Source of the DNA: a virus
Length of the DNA stretch: 64,000 nt
IMG/VR virus record: IMGVR_UViG_3300036790_000468
Coordinates: 32,001 to 96,000 of that record
Direction: 5' to 3' (one strand)
Shown: positions 63,916 to 64,000 of the stretch, one piece after another
Layout of the letters: every line of letters begins with the position of its first letter
Position numbering within the stretch: the first letter of the stretch is position 1
Position numbers and translations under genes: made by a program
Notes under the pieces: model-generated
Told to the model about the DNA's origin: nothing
Seen by the model: the letters and a program-made list of their open reading frames with translations, nothing else
Databases searched by the model: none

Positions 63916-64000
63916 TTGCCCGCACCATCGTCCAAGGCGGCCACCGTCCTGCTGCCCGTGCGCATCGAGCCGCCCGGCAACGACCAGGTGCTGACCTCGT
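63916..64000 (+). CDS. Partial ORF running off the window
   Basis: GAGGAG RBS then TTG; open to the end. Confidence 0.4.
   Translation, partial: MPAPSSKAATVLLPVRIEPPGNDQVLTS

Larger units (their letters stand above)
1..64000. mobile_element. Temperate actinobacterial siphophage-like element, probably circularly permuted or excised, carrying a TraB conjugation module
   Basis: Complete virion operon, lysis cassette, integrase, repressor and replication genes; phage-type genes on both sides of int; WhiB, TraB and high GC point to Actinomycetota. Confidence 0.9.

Noticed and set aside
1-64000. Two tandem prophages explaining the two terminases
   Set aside because: Only one integrase, repressor, replication and virion set is present, the left terL is followed by non-structural genes, and the order reads as one permuted genome. 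Not fully excluded without flanking sequence.

Overview
The whole window is a high-GC actinobacterial temperate siphophage-like element; no host housekeeping genes are recognisable. Reading the minus strand from the right, it carries: late-early genes (GIY-YIG, zinc-finger protein, HslV-like protease, HTH); three atypical tRNAs; a DUF2829/Tad2-like protein; a complete head and tail operon (TerS, TerL, portal with a fused ParB-like domain, MuF, protease, capsid, tail tube, frameshifting chaperone, tape measure, tail proteins); and a lysis cassette containing a phospholipase D-family gene. The centre holds a plus-strand accessory block with an actinomycete TraB-type conjugation module, an anti-sigma/STAS pair, an XRE-flavoprotein pair, a membrane-anchored FtsK-gamma domain and two type I-E CRISPR-repeat-like units with no cas genes. 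Next come a tyrosine integrase with an apparently intact attP, the cI/cro switch and an early operon (YqaJ, iteron-containing replication initiator, VRR-NUC, WhiB, LuxR). That operon contains a second, unrelated TerS-TerL pair with no portal. Gene order fits a circularly permuted, non-integrated genome. The most notable points are the phage/conjugative-element hybrid, the two terminase systems and the orphan CRISPR-like mini-array. All family calls come from motif recognition by eye, not database searches.
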